Source: an uncultured delta proteobacterium (GTDB taxonomy: Bacteria > Myxococcota > Myxococcia > SLRQ01). Taken from it: a stretch of DNA of 64,000 nt. Numbering within the stretch: position 1 is the first letter of the stretch; each line of letters begins with the position of its first letter. The translations under genes and the position numbers were made by a program. The DNA is taken from assembly GCA_963727485.1 (NCBI GenBank), contig CAVSGM010000002.1, forward strand, positions 1,088,001 to 1,152,000, read 5' to 3'. Below the pieces are notes generated by a model. It was given only the letters and a program-made list of their open reading frames with translations. It searched no databases and was not told the DNA's origin. This document shows, one piece after another, positions 28,501 to 37,586 of this stretch.

Positions 28501-28988
28501 GCCTCGGGGGCGTGTACAAGACCCCGGCCGAGTGGGGCGCCTTCCCGGTGGACGCCTACTCCCACACCCCCGCCGGTGGCGGCGCCCGGCAGCCGGGGAT
28601 GACCGGCCAGGTGAAGGAGGCGATCCTCGCCCGCCTCGGGGAGCTGGGGGTGGTGGTGGCCGACGGGCATCTGGCCTTCCGGCCAAGGCTCCTGCGCCGG
28701 TCGGAGGCCCTCGAGGCGCCGGCGACGCTCGAGGTGGTCGGCGTCGACGGGAAGACCGAGCGCCTCGCCCTCGGCGCCGGGGACCTGGCGTTCACGATCT
28801 GCCAGGTGCCGGTGATCTACCACCTGGGCGAGGCCCGACGGATCGCGGTGGTCGGCGCCGACGGCCAGGTCCGGACCCTCGACGGCGACCGCCTGGGCCG
28901 GCGGACCTCCCAGGCGATCTTCGGCCGGAGCGGGTCGGTGCGGCGCCTGGAGGTGTGGACGGGCGCGGGTCTTCCCCCGGGCACCTGA
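25509..28988 (+). CDS. GH149-family beta-1,3-glucan phosphorylase
   Basis: ~1159 aa, no signal peptide; PLTFGRRHGDPSRPWNRF, YQGNWRDVFQNWEAL, IGYWGDHQ, GIWMNTQRPEWNDANNAL, FTGRSGTMFAYEGLGSIYWHM, DAYSHTP...QPGMTGQVKE. Confidence 0.88.
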   Translation: MDGTGRIHYGAGPMPPNAPGATGALVEAHGEAGYRIEQVEALAPFLVTVVSDSDLWLFAASNGALTCGRVSPATALFPYVTEDKLYDAAGTTGPVTALRVTRGGRTALWHPFDDADRRVWRVRRRLFKNLLGTHLVYEEENLDLGLRFTAGWRPADRYGFLRTATLENLGDDATEVALLDGLVNLMPGDADEQLQRESSVLLDAYKEAERLAGSTLAVYTLAAQPVDRPEPREALHATTVWQAGLEGARIHLDAGVRPAFDRGHAPTPPAATRGRRGAYLAEARLALPAGGRHTWGMVADVARTQGQVAGLRAALTDPEALLAEVRADAARGAERVARLVAATDGRQLTADALASAHHQSNVLFNDLRGGVYAEGQAIPGADFAAFVGAMNRTVLARHRARLEALPERQPRAAFEAAMAEVGDVDLARLAAEYLPLTFGRRHGDPSRPWNRFEIRVQDATGAPVLDYQGNWRDVFQNWEALSQSFPGFAEQILTRFVDASTADGHNPYRIGRFGVDWEVPEPDHPWSTIGYWGDHQVVYLLRLLELSLAHHPDRVPALLEARRFTYADVPYRFRPFDEILAHPRDTLVFDAERHQRILERVAALGGDGRLLPGPDGPVKVTLVEKLLVPALAKLSNLVPGAGIWMNTQRPEWNDANNALSGYGVSAVTLCHLDRYLEVLEGLLGPRAGSRTPLSREVARWLEGVHEVLGAHRAVAYAEAVDDAARGAVMVALGRVAADYRARVYPQGFSGTDLVPVEAILDLLQVARVFLAQAIRLARRPDGLFHAYQVLVPRGPGLGFGLETLPEMLEGQVAALATTTVDDQTACTLLDALFASRLYRADQGSFLLYPDRRLPTFLEKNGVPEATVAASPVLTRCLAEGDGRILRRDPTGTVRFAPQLVNAAAVAATLDDPDRPGPALGEAERAEVLAAYEAVFHHRAFTGRSGTMFAYEGLGSIYWHMVGKLLLAVQRRFVDAAERGASPALLDRFAGHYLAIRAGLGGVYKTPAEWGAFPVDAYSHTPAGGGARQPGMTGQVKEAILARLGELGVVVADGHLAFRPRLLRRSEALEAPATLEVVGVDGKTERLALGAGDLAFTICQVPVIYHLGEARRIAVVGADGQVRTLDGDRLGRRTSQAIFGRSGSVRRLEVWTGAGLPPGT

Positions 28989-28999
28989 CGGGCGGTCGA

Positions 29000-29023
29000 C
29001 CGGCGGTGGGTTGCCACCGCCGG
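29000..29023. terminator. GC hairpin after GH149 (possible terminator/stabiliser)
   Basis: CCGGCGGTGG-GTTG-CCACCGCCGG, perfect 10-bp stem; no U tract. Confidence 0.45.
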
Positions 29024-29183
29024 CCGCCGCGCGGGTCTGGACCACGCCCCCGTGGCTCGCAGCCCCTGCAGTGTAGCCCACCGGACCGGCGACGCCATCC
29101 CCCCAAGCCGGGGTTTGAGGGCGGCGCCACCGGTGATAAGGGTCGGGTCCGGGAGGCCGGCTCGGAGCCGCCACTCCACGACG

Positions 29184-30194
29184 ATGATCGCCGGCGACCT
29201 CGACACCTTCTCCCTGCCCGACCTCCTCCAGTGGGCCGACCTGGCCCGGGCCCAGGGCGTGCTCACGGTGGTGCGCGAGGGGGTGCCGGTGTGGCTGCGC
29301 CTCGAGGGGCGGCAGATCCGCGAGATCTCCCGGGCGCCGGCGTCGAGCCAGGCCCTCCACGAGCTCTCCGAGCGCGCCGCCCACGCCCGGTGGCTGCGCC
29401 TCCCCGAGGCCACCGAGGCCACCGAGCGCGCCCTCGACCTCTTCCTCGAGCCCGGGGGCCGGTTCCGCTTCGCCGACGAGCCGCCCGCGGACGACGGGAT
29501 CGAGGTGGCCCTCGAGCTCCGGGAGCTGGTCTTCGAGGGGATGCGCCACCTCGACGAGTGGCACAAGCTCTCCATCACCTACCCCGACGAGGGCGCCCGG
29601 CTCACCGCCACCGGGGCCGACGCCGAGTCCACCCTCCTGCCGGTGGCCCGGGTGATCCTCCGGGCGGCGGCGCTGTCCCTGTCGCTGGGTGAGGTGCGCC
29701 TGGCGCTGCGGCTCTCGCGACCGGCGATCCTCCGCCGGGTCCACGAGCTGGTCTCGCTCGGCCTGGTCACGGTGGAGGGCGCCACCGGCGGCGCCGACCC
29801 GGTGGCCCGGCTGGTGGCCCAGTCCGAGAGCCTCGCCCGGGAGGGGCAGTACGAGGAGGCGGCCCATGTCCTCCGGGCGGTCCTCGAGTCCGACCCCTCG
29901 GACCACCGGGTGGCGGGGATCCTCGGCGACGTGGAGCGCCGGCACCGGGAGGCGCTGGAGGCGCAGATCGATCTTTCGGCGGTGGTGGTGCTCGCGAACC
30001 CGGCGGCCCGGTCGGCGCCGCGGCTCACGGGCACCGACCGGGAGATCGTCGACCGCATCGACGGCCGCCGGGACGTGAAGTCCATCCTCCTGGCCTCGCC
30101 CCACCGGGAGCTGGAGACCCTCAAGACCCTGGCCAAGCTGGTGAAGCTGGGGCTGGCGGTGCTGGAATCCCCGGGCGCGCGCGACGGCGGCTGA
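29184..30194 (+). CDS. DUF4388 domain protein with TPR-like and winged-helix-like segments
   Basis: MIAGDLDTFSLPDLLQW N-terminus; LVFEGMRHLDEW; IDGRRDVKSI. Confidence 0.82.
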   Translation: MIAGDLDTFSLPDLLQWADLARAQGVLTVVREGVPVWLRLEGRQIREISRAPASSQALHELSERAAHARWLRLPEATEATERALDLFLEPGGRFRFADEPPADDGIEVALELRELVFEGMRHLDEWHKLSITYPDEGARLTATGADAESTLLPVARVILRAAALSLSLGEVRLALRLSRPAILRRVHELVSLGLVTVEGATGGADPVARLVAQSESLAREGQYEEAAHVLRAVLESDPSDHRVAGILGDVERRHREALEAQIDLSAVVVLANPAARSAPRLTGTDREIVDRIDGRRDVKSILLASPHRELETLKTLAKLVKLGLAVLESPGARDGG

Positions 30195-30236
30195 GGGGCG
30201 TTCCCCGTCGGCGGCGGGTGGTCTAACGTCGATCCC

Positions 30237-31749
30237 ATGACCGACACCGACGACACCCGGAAGCGCTGGCAGCGCATCGCCAAAGACCTCGAGGCCGACC
30301 TCGCCGCCCGGCCGCGCCAGCTGTTCATCGACGGCGCCTTCGTGGACGGCGAGGGCCTCGAGCCCTTCGAGGACTTCAGCCCCGCCACCGGCGCGCGCCT
30401 GGGCCTGGTGCACCAGGGCTCCGCCGCCGACGTGGACCGGGCGGTGGCCGCGGCGCGCCGGGCCTTCGAGGGCCCGTGGCGCACGATGGATCCCTCGCAG
30501 CGCGCCAAGGTGCTGCGGCGCATCGGCGACGCCATCGAGGAGAACGCCGAGGAGCTCGCGGTCCTGGAGTCCCTGGACAACGGCAAGACGGTCTCGGAGG
30601 CCCTGCGCGGCGACCTCCCGCCGGCCTGGGACATCTTCCACTACTACGCCGGCTGGGTCCGCGGCCTCGAGGGCGAGACCATCCCGGTGGACGGCAACTA
30701 CCTGAACCTCACGCTGCGCGAGCCGGTGGGGGTGTGCGGGGCCATCGTCCCCTGGAACTACCCGCTGCTCATCGCCTCCTGGAAGCTCGCCCCGGCGCTC
30801 GCCTGCGGGAACACGGTGGTCCTCAAGCCCAGCGAGCTCACCCCGCTTTCCGCCCTGCGCTTCGCCGAGCTCCTCGAGGACTGCGGGGTGCCCCCGGGGG
30901 TGGTCAACGTGGTCCCCGGCCAAGGCGAGCCCACCGGCGAGGCCCTGGCCCGCCACCCGGACGTGAACAAGATCGCCTTCACCGGCTCGGTGCGCACCGC
31001 CCGGGCGCTGATGCACGCCAGCGCCGACACCAACCTCAAGCGCCTCTCCCTCGAGCTCGGGGGCAAGAGCCCCAACATCCTCTTCGCCGACTGCGACCTC
31101 GACGCGGCGATCCAGAGCGCCTTCAACGGCATCTTCATGAACAAGGGCGAGGTGTGCTCCGCCGGCTCGCGCCTGCTGGTCGAGCGGTCGATCCACGACG
31201 AGGTGGTCGCGCGGCTCTCGGCCAAGGCCAAGGCCCTGCGCCTCGGCGATCCGCTGGACCCCGAGACGGGCATGGGCAGCCAGGTGAGCGAGACCCAGCT
31301 CGCCCGCATCGAGCGCTACGTCCGGGTGGGCGCGGGCGAGGGGCGCATCGTCACCGGCGGCGGCCGGGCCTCGGACGGAGACCTGGCGCGCGGTCTCTAC
31401 TTCCAGCCCACGGTGATCACCGACGTCAAGCCCGAGGCCGCCGTGGCGCAGGAGGAGATCTTCGGGCCGGTGCTGGTGGTGCTTCCTTTCGACTCTGAAG
31501 CCGAGGCGGCCGCAGCTCGCCAACGGCATCGAGTACGGGCTGGTGAGCGCGGTGTGGACGAAGGACGTCGGGCGCGCGGTGCGCATGGCGAGGGCCATCC
31601 AGGCGGGCTCGGTGTGGATCAACACCTACAACGGCTTCGACTCGGCCTCGCCCTTCGGCGGGGTGAAGCTCTCGGGGTGGGGCCGGGACATGGGCAAGCA
31701 GGCGCTGGACAACTACACCCAGACCAAGAGCGTCTGGTTCGCGTACTAG
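30237..31749 (+). CDS. Aldehyde dehydrogenase (frameshift near 31512)
   Basis: PWNYP, KPSELTP, FTGS, LELGGKSP, GEVCSAGSR, EEIFGPV; C-terminus (AVWTKD...INTY...PFGGVKLSGWGR) is in the shifted frame. Confidence 0.92.
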
Positions 31750-31820
31750 CCTCGGCCTGGCCGTCGCGCCCACGGCATCGGTTGCCTTGGGTGCCATCTG
31801 GCCGTTAGCCTCTCCGCCAA

Positions 31821-32276
31821 ATGGCACTCGCGCTCGAAGACCTCCCCGATCGCCTGGTCCCCGGAAACCGCTACGCCGAGCACCTCTTGGGCCTGCGCAA
31901 GCTCGACCCGGTGTCGCTCGCCCGCGCCGTCCACCGGGGGCTGTCCGTCCACGCCCTCACCCGCTTCGCCGCCGCCGCCGGGCTCTCCCCCGAGGACGCC
32001 GCCGCCCTCATCCACCTGGCGCCGAGGACCCTGGCGCGGCGCCGGCAGGCGGGCCACCTCGCCGCCGACGAGTCGGACCGGCTCCTGCGCGCCGCCCGCA
32101 CCCTGGCGCTGGCCCTCGACCTCTTCGAGGGCGACGCCGACGGGGCCCGCGCCTGGCTCGACCGGCCCCAGCGGGCGCTGGGCGGCGAGGCCCCGCGGAT
32201 CTTCGCCATGACCGACGTGGGCGCGCGCGAGGTCGAGCGCCTGGCCTATCGCCTCGAGCACGGCGTGGGCGTCTGA
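31821..32276 (+). CDS. Xre/MbcA/ParS-type antitoxin
   Basis: RTLARRRQAGHL..DESDRLLR...ARAWL.RPQRALGG.AP...GAREVE..LEHGV. Confidence 0.9.
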   Translation: MALALEDLPDRLVPGNRYAEHLLGLRKLDPVSLARAVHRGLSVHALTRFAAAAGLSPEDAAALIHLAPRTLARRRQAGHLAADESDRLLRAARTLALALDLFEGDADGARAWLDRPQRALGGEAPRIFAMTDVGAREVERLAYRLEHGVGV

Positions 32277-32749
32277 TGGCCACCGCCTACCGCCTCACCA
32301 AGGCGCGCTTCCAGAAGACCGCGTTCACCGGCGAGGGCGCCAGGCGCTTCGGCGGCCGGTGGAACTTCCCCGGCACGCCGATGGTCTACCTCGCCACCAG
32401 CGTGTCGCTCGCCGCCCTCGAGACCCTGGTCCACCTCGGCGACCCCGGGCCGCTCTCGGCCTACGTGCTCATCCCCGTCGACTACCCCCCGGCCCTGGTC
32501 GAGCGCCTCGACCCCCGGCGCCTCCCCGCCGAGTGGGACGCGCTGCCCGCCGAGGAGTCCAGCCGCCGGGTGGGCCAGGCCTTCGTGGACCGGGCCCGCC
32601 GGCCGCTCTTCCGGGTCCCCAGCGCCGTGGTCCCCGAGGAGTTCGATCTCCTCCTCAACCCCGCCCACCCCGACGCCCGCAAGCTGAAGCCAGGCCACCC
32701 GCGGCCCTTCCGCTTCGACCCCAGGCTCCTCGACCCCAAGCGCAAGTGA
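32276..32749 (+). CDS. RES-domain toxin (NAD+ phosphorylase family)
   Basis: GEGARRFGGRWN, YLATSVSLAALETLVH, VPSAVVP..LLLNPAHPD; TGATG coupling to the antitoxin. Confidence 0.9.
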   Translation: MATAYRLTKARFQKTAFTGEGARRFGGRWNFPGTPMVYLATSVSLAALETLVHLGDPGPLSAYVLIPVDYPPALVERLDPRRLPAEWDALPAEESSRRVGQAFVDRARRPLFRVPSAVVPEEFDLLLNPAHPDARKLKPGHPRPFRFDPRLLDPKRK

Positions 32750-32754
32750 GCCCC

Positions 32755-33294
32755 ATGTCCGAGCCCACCGCCCCCGATCGCGCCCAGGTCACCTGGGAGG
32801 CCACCCTCGCGGAGGTCGTCGACGCCCACGTCCGCGCCTTCGGCCGCACCCCCAGGGGCCGCCGGGCCCAGTGGCTCATCCCCGCCGGCTTCGGCCTGGC
32901 CGTCGGCGTGTTCATCGCCCTGGTCCGCCCGGCGCCCCTGCCCGTGCGCCTGCTCTGGGGCGGCCTCTGGGCCAGCTTCTCGGCGGTGGTGTTCATCACC
33001 ATGTTCCGCCGGTCCCTCAAGCGCCGCCTCCACCAGCACCTCGCCGCCCAGCTCGGCACCGAGCCGCGCATGGCCTACCGCCTCGAGGTCGACGGCGAGG
33101 GCGTCCACGCCCGCCAGGGCACCTTCGACCGGCGCTACCACTGGGACGAGGTGCTCGAGGTCGAGGAGGGCGCCCGGGGCCCCACCCTCTACTTCGCCGA
33201 CGGGTTCTTCGCCGCCGTCCCCTCCCGGGCCTTCGCCGACGACGCCGCCCGCCAGGCCTTCACCGAGGTCGTGCGCGCCCACCACGGTGCCTAG
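32755..33294 (+). CDS. YcxB-like two-TM membrane protein
   Basis: Two TM helices then DGEGV...YHWDEV..VEE...VPSRAF. Confidence 0.7.
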   Translation: MSEPTAPDRAQVTWEATLAEVVDAHVRAFGRTPRGRRAQWLIPAGFGLAVGVFIALVRPAPLPVRLLWGGLWASFSAVVFITMFRRSLKRRLHQHLAAQLGTEPRMAYRLEVDGEGVHARQGTFDRRYHWDEVLEVEEGARGPTLYFADGFFAAVPSRAFADDAARQAFTEVVRAHHGA

Positions 33295-33338
33295 GCTGCC
33301 CTGGCCGGGGCGATCCACGCCCCGCCAGGAGGCCACCG

Positions 33339-33758
33339 ATGGATCGCGCCCGCGTGAAGCAGTTCCTCGACGACCACACCCTCGCCGCCATGGCGACCAT
33401 CACGCCGGACGGGGAGCCCGAGGTGGCCATCGTCTGCGTCGCCCGCCACCGGGAGCTGGGCCTGGTCATCGACACCCTCACCGACTCGAGGAAGTTCGCC
33501 AACCTCGAGGCCCACCCCAGGGTCGCCTTCGCCCTCGGCTGGGGCGAGGACATGGTGACCGTGCAGTACGAGGGCGTCATCGAGCACCCCGAGGGCGCCG
33601 AGCTCGAGGCCGCCAAGCAGCGCTACTTCGAGGTGTGGCCCGACGGCCGGGAGCGCGAGGCCTGGCCCAACACCGTCTACCTCACCGTGCGCCCCACCTG
33701 GATCCGCTGGGCCGACTACGGCCACGGCGCGCCGGTGATCGACGAGGAGGCGTTCTAG
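33339..33758 (+). CDS. Pyridoxamine 5'-phosphate oxidase-like FMN-binding protein
   Basis: MATITPDGEP...SRKFANLEAHPRVA...TVQYEG; GGAGG RBS. Confidence 0.82.
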   Translation: MDRARVKQFLDDHTLAAMATITPDGEPEVAIVCVARHRELGLVIDTLTDSRKFANLEAHPRVAFALGWGEDMVTVQYEGVIEHPEGAELEAAKQRYFEVWPDGREREAWPNTVYLTVRPTWIRWADYGHGAPVIDEEAF

Positions 33759-33798
33759 AAGGAGGCCGCGCCCGCCGCTTGGTGGTAGGCTCGGCTCC

Positions 33799-34464
33799 AT
33801 GCGCCGGGGGACCACGACGGGGATCGTGGGGACGCTGCTCGTCACCGCGTGGGTGACCGGGTGCGTCCCCTCCATGACCGTGCTGCAGCGCGCCGAGACC
33901 GAGGCGCCGGGCCACGCCCAGCTCTCGGCCTCGGTGGGCGCCTACCTGCTCGCCACCCAGAAGACCGACAGCCAGGGCCGGACCACCCACGCCCTCGCGC
34001 CGGCGCCCAACGTCGAGCTCGCCGGCCGCCTGGGCCTCGCCCCCCACCTCGACGTGGGCCTCAAGGCGTACTTCGACGGCCCGGGCCTGGTCGCCGACCT
34101 CAAGCTCGAGGCGCTGCACACCGGCCGGGTGGTGGTCTCGGTGGACCCGGGCGCGGGGATCGCCGCCCCGGCCACCGTGAGCACCGGCAGCGGCCAGACC
34201 CAGGCCGGCGCCCTCCACCTCTACCTCCCGGTGATCGTCGGCATCCACCTCGGCCCCGACGAGCTGGTGGTCTCCCCGCGGGTCATCGGCTGGCTGGTCA
34301 CCGCGGGCCAGCAGAGCACCCTGGCCTGGCTCGCCGGCGGCGGCCTCGGCCTCGACGTCCCCGTCGGCGCCGTCCACCTCATGCCCGAGCTCGACCTCGC
34401 CTGCGGCCTGACCGGCGAGGTCCCCTGCTTCGGCTACCTCGCCTTCGGCCTCAACTACGACTGA
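33799..34464 (+). CDS. Putative lipoprotein with beta-strand-rich (small barrel-like) body
   Basis: VTGC lipobox, AETEAPG..., RLGL...DVG, ends FGLNYD. Confidence 0.6.
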   Translation: MRRGTTTGIVGTLLVTAWVTGCVPSMTVLQRAETEAPGHAQLSASVGAYLLATQKTDSQGRTTHALAPAPNVELAGRLGLAPHLDVGLKAYFDGPGLVADLKLEALHTGRVVVSVDPGAGIAAPATVSTGSGQTQAGALHLYLPVIVGIHLGPDELVVSPRVIGWLVTAGQQSTLAWLAGGGLGLDVPVGAVHLMPELDLACGLTGEVPCFGYLAFGLNYD

Positions 34465-34499
34465 CCTCCCGCCCCCCCCCACGCACGAGAGGATCTCCG

Positions 34500-34898
34500 A
34501 TGCCCCGCTCGCTCTTCGGCGCCGCCCTCCTGGCCGCCGTCGTCGCCCTCCCCGTCGCCGCCGTCGCCGGGTCCCCGAAGCCCCTCCACCTCGAGCCCAG
34601 CAAGGACACCCACGCCCTGGCCCACGCGGTGATGCAGATGACCCTGGGCCCGGTGGCCCGGTGCCTCAAGGGCAAGCCCCACACCGAGGCCGCCCAGCGC
34701 ACCTGCGCCTGCCAGAGCAAGGCCTTCCTGGAGAAGAAGCTCGCCCGCGTCGACGACATCGTCAAGCGCCACCCGGCCTGGGCCAAGGCCCCGCTCCACT
34801 TCAAGGACGGCGACAGCACCTACGACATCACCGTGGTGCGGATGCAGCAGCTCAAGCAGGTCCTCGCCACCTGCGGTGCCAAGGCGGCGAAGAAGTAG
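34500..34898 (+). CDS. Small secreted basic protein with four Cys
   Basis: GAGG RBS, signal peptide MPRSLFGAALLAAVVALPVAAVA; C..CAC..C. Confidence 0.6.
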   Translation: MPRSLFGAALLAAVVALPVAAVAGSPKPLHLEPSKDTHALAHAVMQMTLGPVARCLKGKPHTEAAQRTCACQSKAFLEKKLARVDDIVKRHPAWAKAPLHFKDGDSTYDITVVRMQQLKQVLATCGAKAAKK

Positions 34899-36278
34899 CT
34901 AGCCGATCCCCAGCTCGCGCATCCGCCGCCACAGGGTGCTGCGGCTGACCCCCAGGCGCGCCGCCGCCGCCCGGCGGTTCCAGTGGGTGGCCTCGAGAGC
35001 CGCGCGGATCCGCACCGCGTCGGCCTCGGGCGGGTTGCCGGCGGCCACCACCGCCGGCCCGGGGACCTCTTCGGTCACCCCCCGGATCTCCGGGGGCAGG
35101 TCCTCGAGCTGGATCGTCTGCCCCTGGCAGACCGCGTGGGCGTACTCCAGGGCGTTCTCCAGCTCCCGGACGTTCCCCGGCCAGGCGTAGCGCTCCAGGC
35201 GCCGGAGGGTGTCCGGCGACAGCCGCAGGGCCCGGCCCTCCCGGCGGCCGATGCGCGCCAGCATGTGCTGGGCGATGGGCGCCACGTCCTCGGGCCGCTC
35301 CCGGAGCGCCGGGAGGTGGATGGGCACCACCCGCAGCCGGTAGTAGAGGTCCTCGCGGAAGCGCCCCTCGGCGATGGCCTGGCGCAGGTCGACGTTGGTG
35401 GCGGCGATGACCCGGGCGGTCATCGGCCGGCTCACGCTCTCGCCCACCCGCTCGAAGCGCAGCTCCTGGAGCACCCGCAAGAGCTTCACCTGGAGGTGCG
35501 GCGCGAGGTCGCCGATCTCGTCGAGGAGCACGGTCCCCCCCGCCGCCGCCTCGAAGCGCCCCACCCGGTCGCGGACCGCCCCGGTGAACGCCCCGCGCAC
35601 GTGCCCGAAGAGCTCGCTCTCCAGGAGGTCCGGGGGCAGCGCCGCGCAGTTCACCGCCACGAAGGCCCCCGGCGCCCGCGGCGAGTGGGCGTGCAGCGCC
35701 CGGGCCACCACCTCCTTGCCGGTGCCGCTGTCGCCGGTGATGAGCACCGTGGCGTCGGAGCGGCTCAAGGACTCGATGAGGTGGAGGATCCGGAGCATCG
35801 CCGCCGAGCGGGTGACCAGGCCGTGGGAGGCGGTGGCGCTCTGGAGGATGAGGTCGTCCTCCTCGGCGGGGCGCAGGACCAAAAGGTAGCGGGCCCGGGG
35901 GTCGCAGTCGCCGCGGACATGCGGGGGCAGGAAGGCGGCGGTGAGCGACACCAGGCGCAGGTGGTCGCCGCAGTGGAGCACCGCCCGGCGCCCCTCCTCG
36001 CGGCGGCCCTGCTCCAGGGCCACCCGGAGGATCTCCCCCTCGCCGAAGAGCCCGCCGCCCAGCAGCCGCTCCACCGGCTCGCCCAGCACCGCCTCCGACG
36101 CCCCCTCGCACCCGAGCCGGTCGAGGGTCTGGCTCACCCGCAGGACCGAGAAGCGCTCGTCGAGGACCACCAGCACCCGGCCCAGCGCCTCGAACACGGT
36201 CTCCAGCTGTGTCCACCCGGGGGTGGGCACCTCGTCGAGGGAGCGGGCGGCGAGGGCGCTTGCAGAGTCGTCGGACAT
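34899..36278 (-). CDS. sigma54-dependent transcriptional activator (PAS-like + AAA+ + Fis HTH)
   Basis: [57 protein letters not shown]; start uncertain (36278 or 36371). Confidence 0.92.
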   Translation of the reverse strand: MSDDSASALAARSLDEVPTPGWTQLETVFEALGRVLVVLDERFSVLRVSQTLDRLGCEGASEAVLGEPVERLLGGGLFGEGEILRVALEQGRREEGRRAVLHCGDHLRLVSLTAAFLPPHVRGDCDPRARYLLVLRPAEEDDLILQSATASHGLVTRSAAMLRILHLIESLSRSDATVLITGDSGTGKEVVARALHAHSPRAPGAFVAVNCAALPPDLLESELFGHVRGAFTGAVRDRVGRFEAAAGGTVLLDEIGDLAPHLQVKLLRVLQELRFERVGESVSRPMTARVIAATNVDLRQAIAEGRFREDLYYRLRVVPIHLPALRERPEDVAPIAQHMLARIGRREGRALRLSPDTLRRLERYAWPGNVRELENALEYAHAVCQGQTIQLEDLPPEIRGVTEEVPGPAVVAAGNPPEADAVRIRAALEATHWNRRAAAARLGVSRSTLWRRMRELGIG

Positions 36279-36383
36279 CGGTGGGGCCGGCGCCGGTTCG
36301 GGGCGTCCGGGGGCATCATGGGGTCCCCACCGCTGGCTTTCAAGCGCCGAGAGGATGGTCCCGAGCCGCATCTTCGCGCCTCG

Positions 36384-37586
36384 TCAGCAGCCGCCGCCCT
36401 TCTTCAGCGTCGGCGCCTTCACCGCCCTCGGGACCACCGCCACCGGAGGCGGCGCGGTGGCGGTGCCGGTGAACTTCCCGTGGAGGGCGCTCTGGAGCCG
36501 ATAGGCCTCCACCGCCTGCGGAGTGGGGTCCGCGGGCACCTCGGGCGCGGTGAGGATCGCCTGGTGGAAGGCGGCGAAGCCCCCATCGAGGACCTGCACC
36601 TGGCCGGGGAAGCGGGTGGCCGCCCGGGGGAGCTGGTCGAGGTCGGCCTGGGCGTAGAGCACCAGGGTCCGGGTCGCCGGCAGGGTCGCCAAGAAGCCCA
36701 CCCCGGGGTCGTCGCCGGGGCGGCAGAGGGCTCCGGGCACCCGCGCCTTGGCGCAGGCCTTCGGAGACCGGAGGTCGACGACGTAGTAGCCGCTGGGATC
36801 GGCGACCAGGCCCTTCGCCAGGGCCAGCGCCCCGATGTGGCCAAACGCCTTGGACGCCCGCGCCGGCGTGGGCTCGCTGGCGGTCATCGGCGAGGGGAGG
36901 ATCACCATCAGCAGGGCGCCGAGGGTCGCCACCGAGAGGCCGCCGAGGACCCGGTTGCGGTGGCCGGGGTGGACGTCCGGGGGCTCGGTGCCACCGCGCT
37001 CGGCGAGGGTCGCCTCCAGCTTCTCCACGCCGATGAAGGCGATGATCGCCAGGTTGAGCACCGCCAGGGCCACCACCGCGAAGGGCACCCCCAGGGCCTG
37101 GTCGAGGCGGACGGCGCCCAGGGCGCCCGAGTGGTAGAACCCCTCGACAACGGGCCAGGCGGCGCCGAAGACCAGCGTCCCCACCGCCACCCCGCCGTAG
37201 GTCACCAGGCCGTCGAGGTTCCCCGAGGCCGCGGAGACCACCGAGGTGCCCGGGCAGTAGCCGGCGATGATGAAGCCCGCCCCCAGGAGGAGCCCGCCGA
37301 GGAGCTGGGGCCACACGAAGGTCGCCGGCACCGTGACCATCGACAGGTCGATGATCCCCAGGCCCGAGAGGAGCGCCAGGCCCACCGTGGCGGTGGTGAT
37401 GGCGGTGAACAGGACTTTGAACACCCGGTTGTCGGTGAAGTAGAACTGCGCCGCGAGCACCGGCGCCCGGCCGAAGCCCCCGCGCTCCAGGGCGAAGCCG
37501 AAGCCGAACCCGATGAGCACCGCCATCACCAGGCCGGTGGGGAAGCCGAAGACGTCATGGGCATAGAGCGGGAAGGTCATCGCCAT
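36384..37586 (-). CDS. YeeE/YedE sulfur-transport membrane protein fused to a rhodanese-like domain, C-terminal GGGC
   Basis: GFGFGFALERGGF, GGLLLGAGFIIAGYCPGT; VVDLRS...VPGA rhodanese-like; ends KKGGGC. Confidence 0.85.
   Translation of the reverse strand: MAMTFPLYAHDVFGFPTGLVMAVLIGFGFGFALERGGFGRAPVLAAQFYFTDNRVFKVLFTAITTATVGLALLSGLGIIDLSMVTVPATFVWPQLLGGLLLGAGFIIAGYCPGTSVVSAASGNLDGLVTYGGVAVGTLVFGAAWPVVEGFYHSGALGAVRLDQALGVPFAVVALAVLNLAIIAFIGVEKLEATLAERGGTEPPDVHPGHRNRVLGGLSVATLGALLMVILPSPMTASEPTPARASKAFGHIGALALAKGLVADPSGYYVVDLRSPKACAKARVPGALCRPGDDPGVGFLATLPATRTLVLYAQADLDQLPRAATRFPGQVQVLDGGFAAFHQAILTAPEVPADPTPQAVEAYRLQSALHGKFTGTATAPPPVAVVPRAVKAPTLKKGGGC

Noticed and set aside
31500..31530. ALDH pseudogene or programmed frameshift
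   Set aside because: Both halves are intact with no slippery sequence; the window has several similar single-base indels, consistent with sequencing error
25428..31625. 2065-aa minus-strand ORF (and other very long ORFs such as 48351-52721 and 22424-25405)
   Set aside because: Antisense shadows of real genes caused by high GC3; no motifs and biased composition
36369..36389. Selenocysteine read-through of TGA after GGGC (in frame with the sigma54 activator ORF)
   Set aside because: No recognisable bacterial SECIS, and read-through would fuse a transporter to a transcription factor; an ordinary stop is simpler
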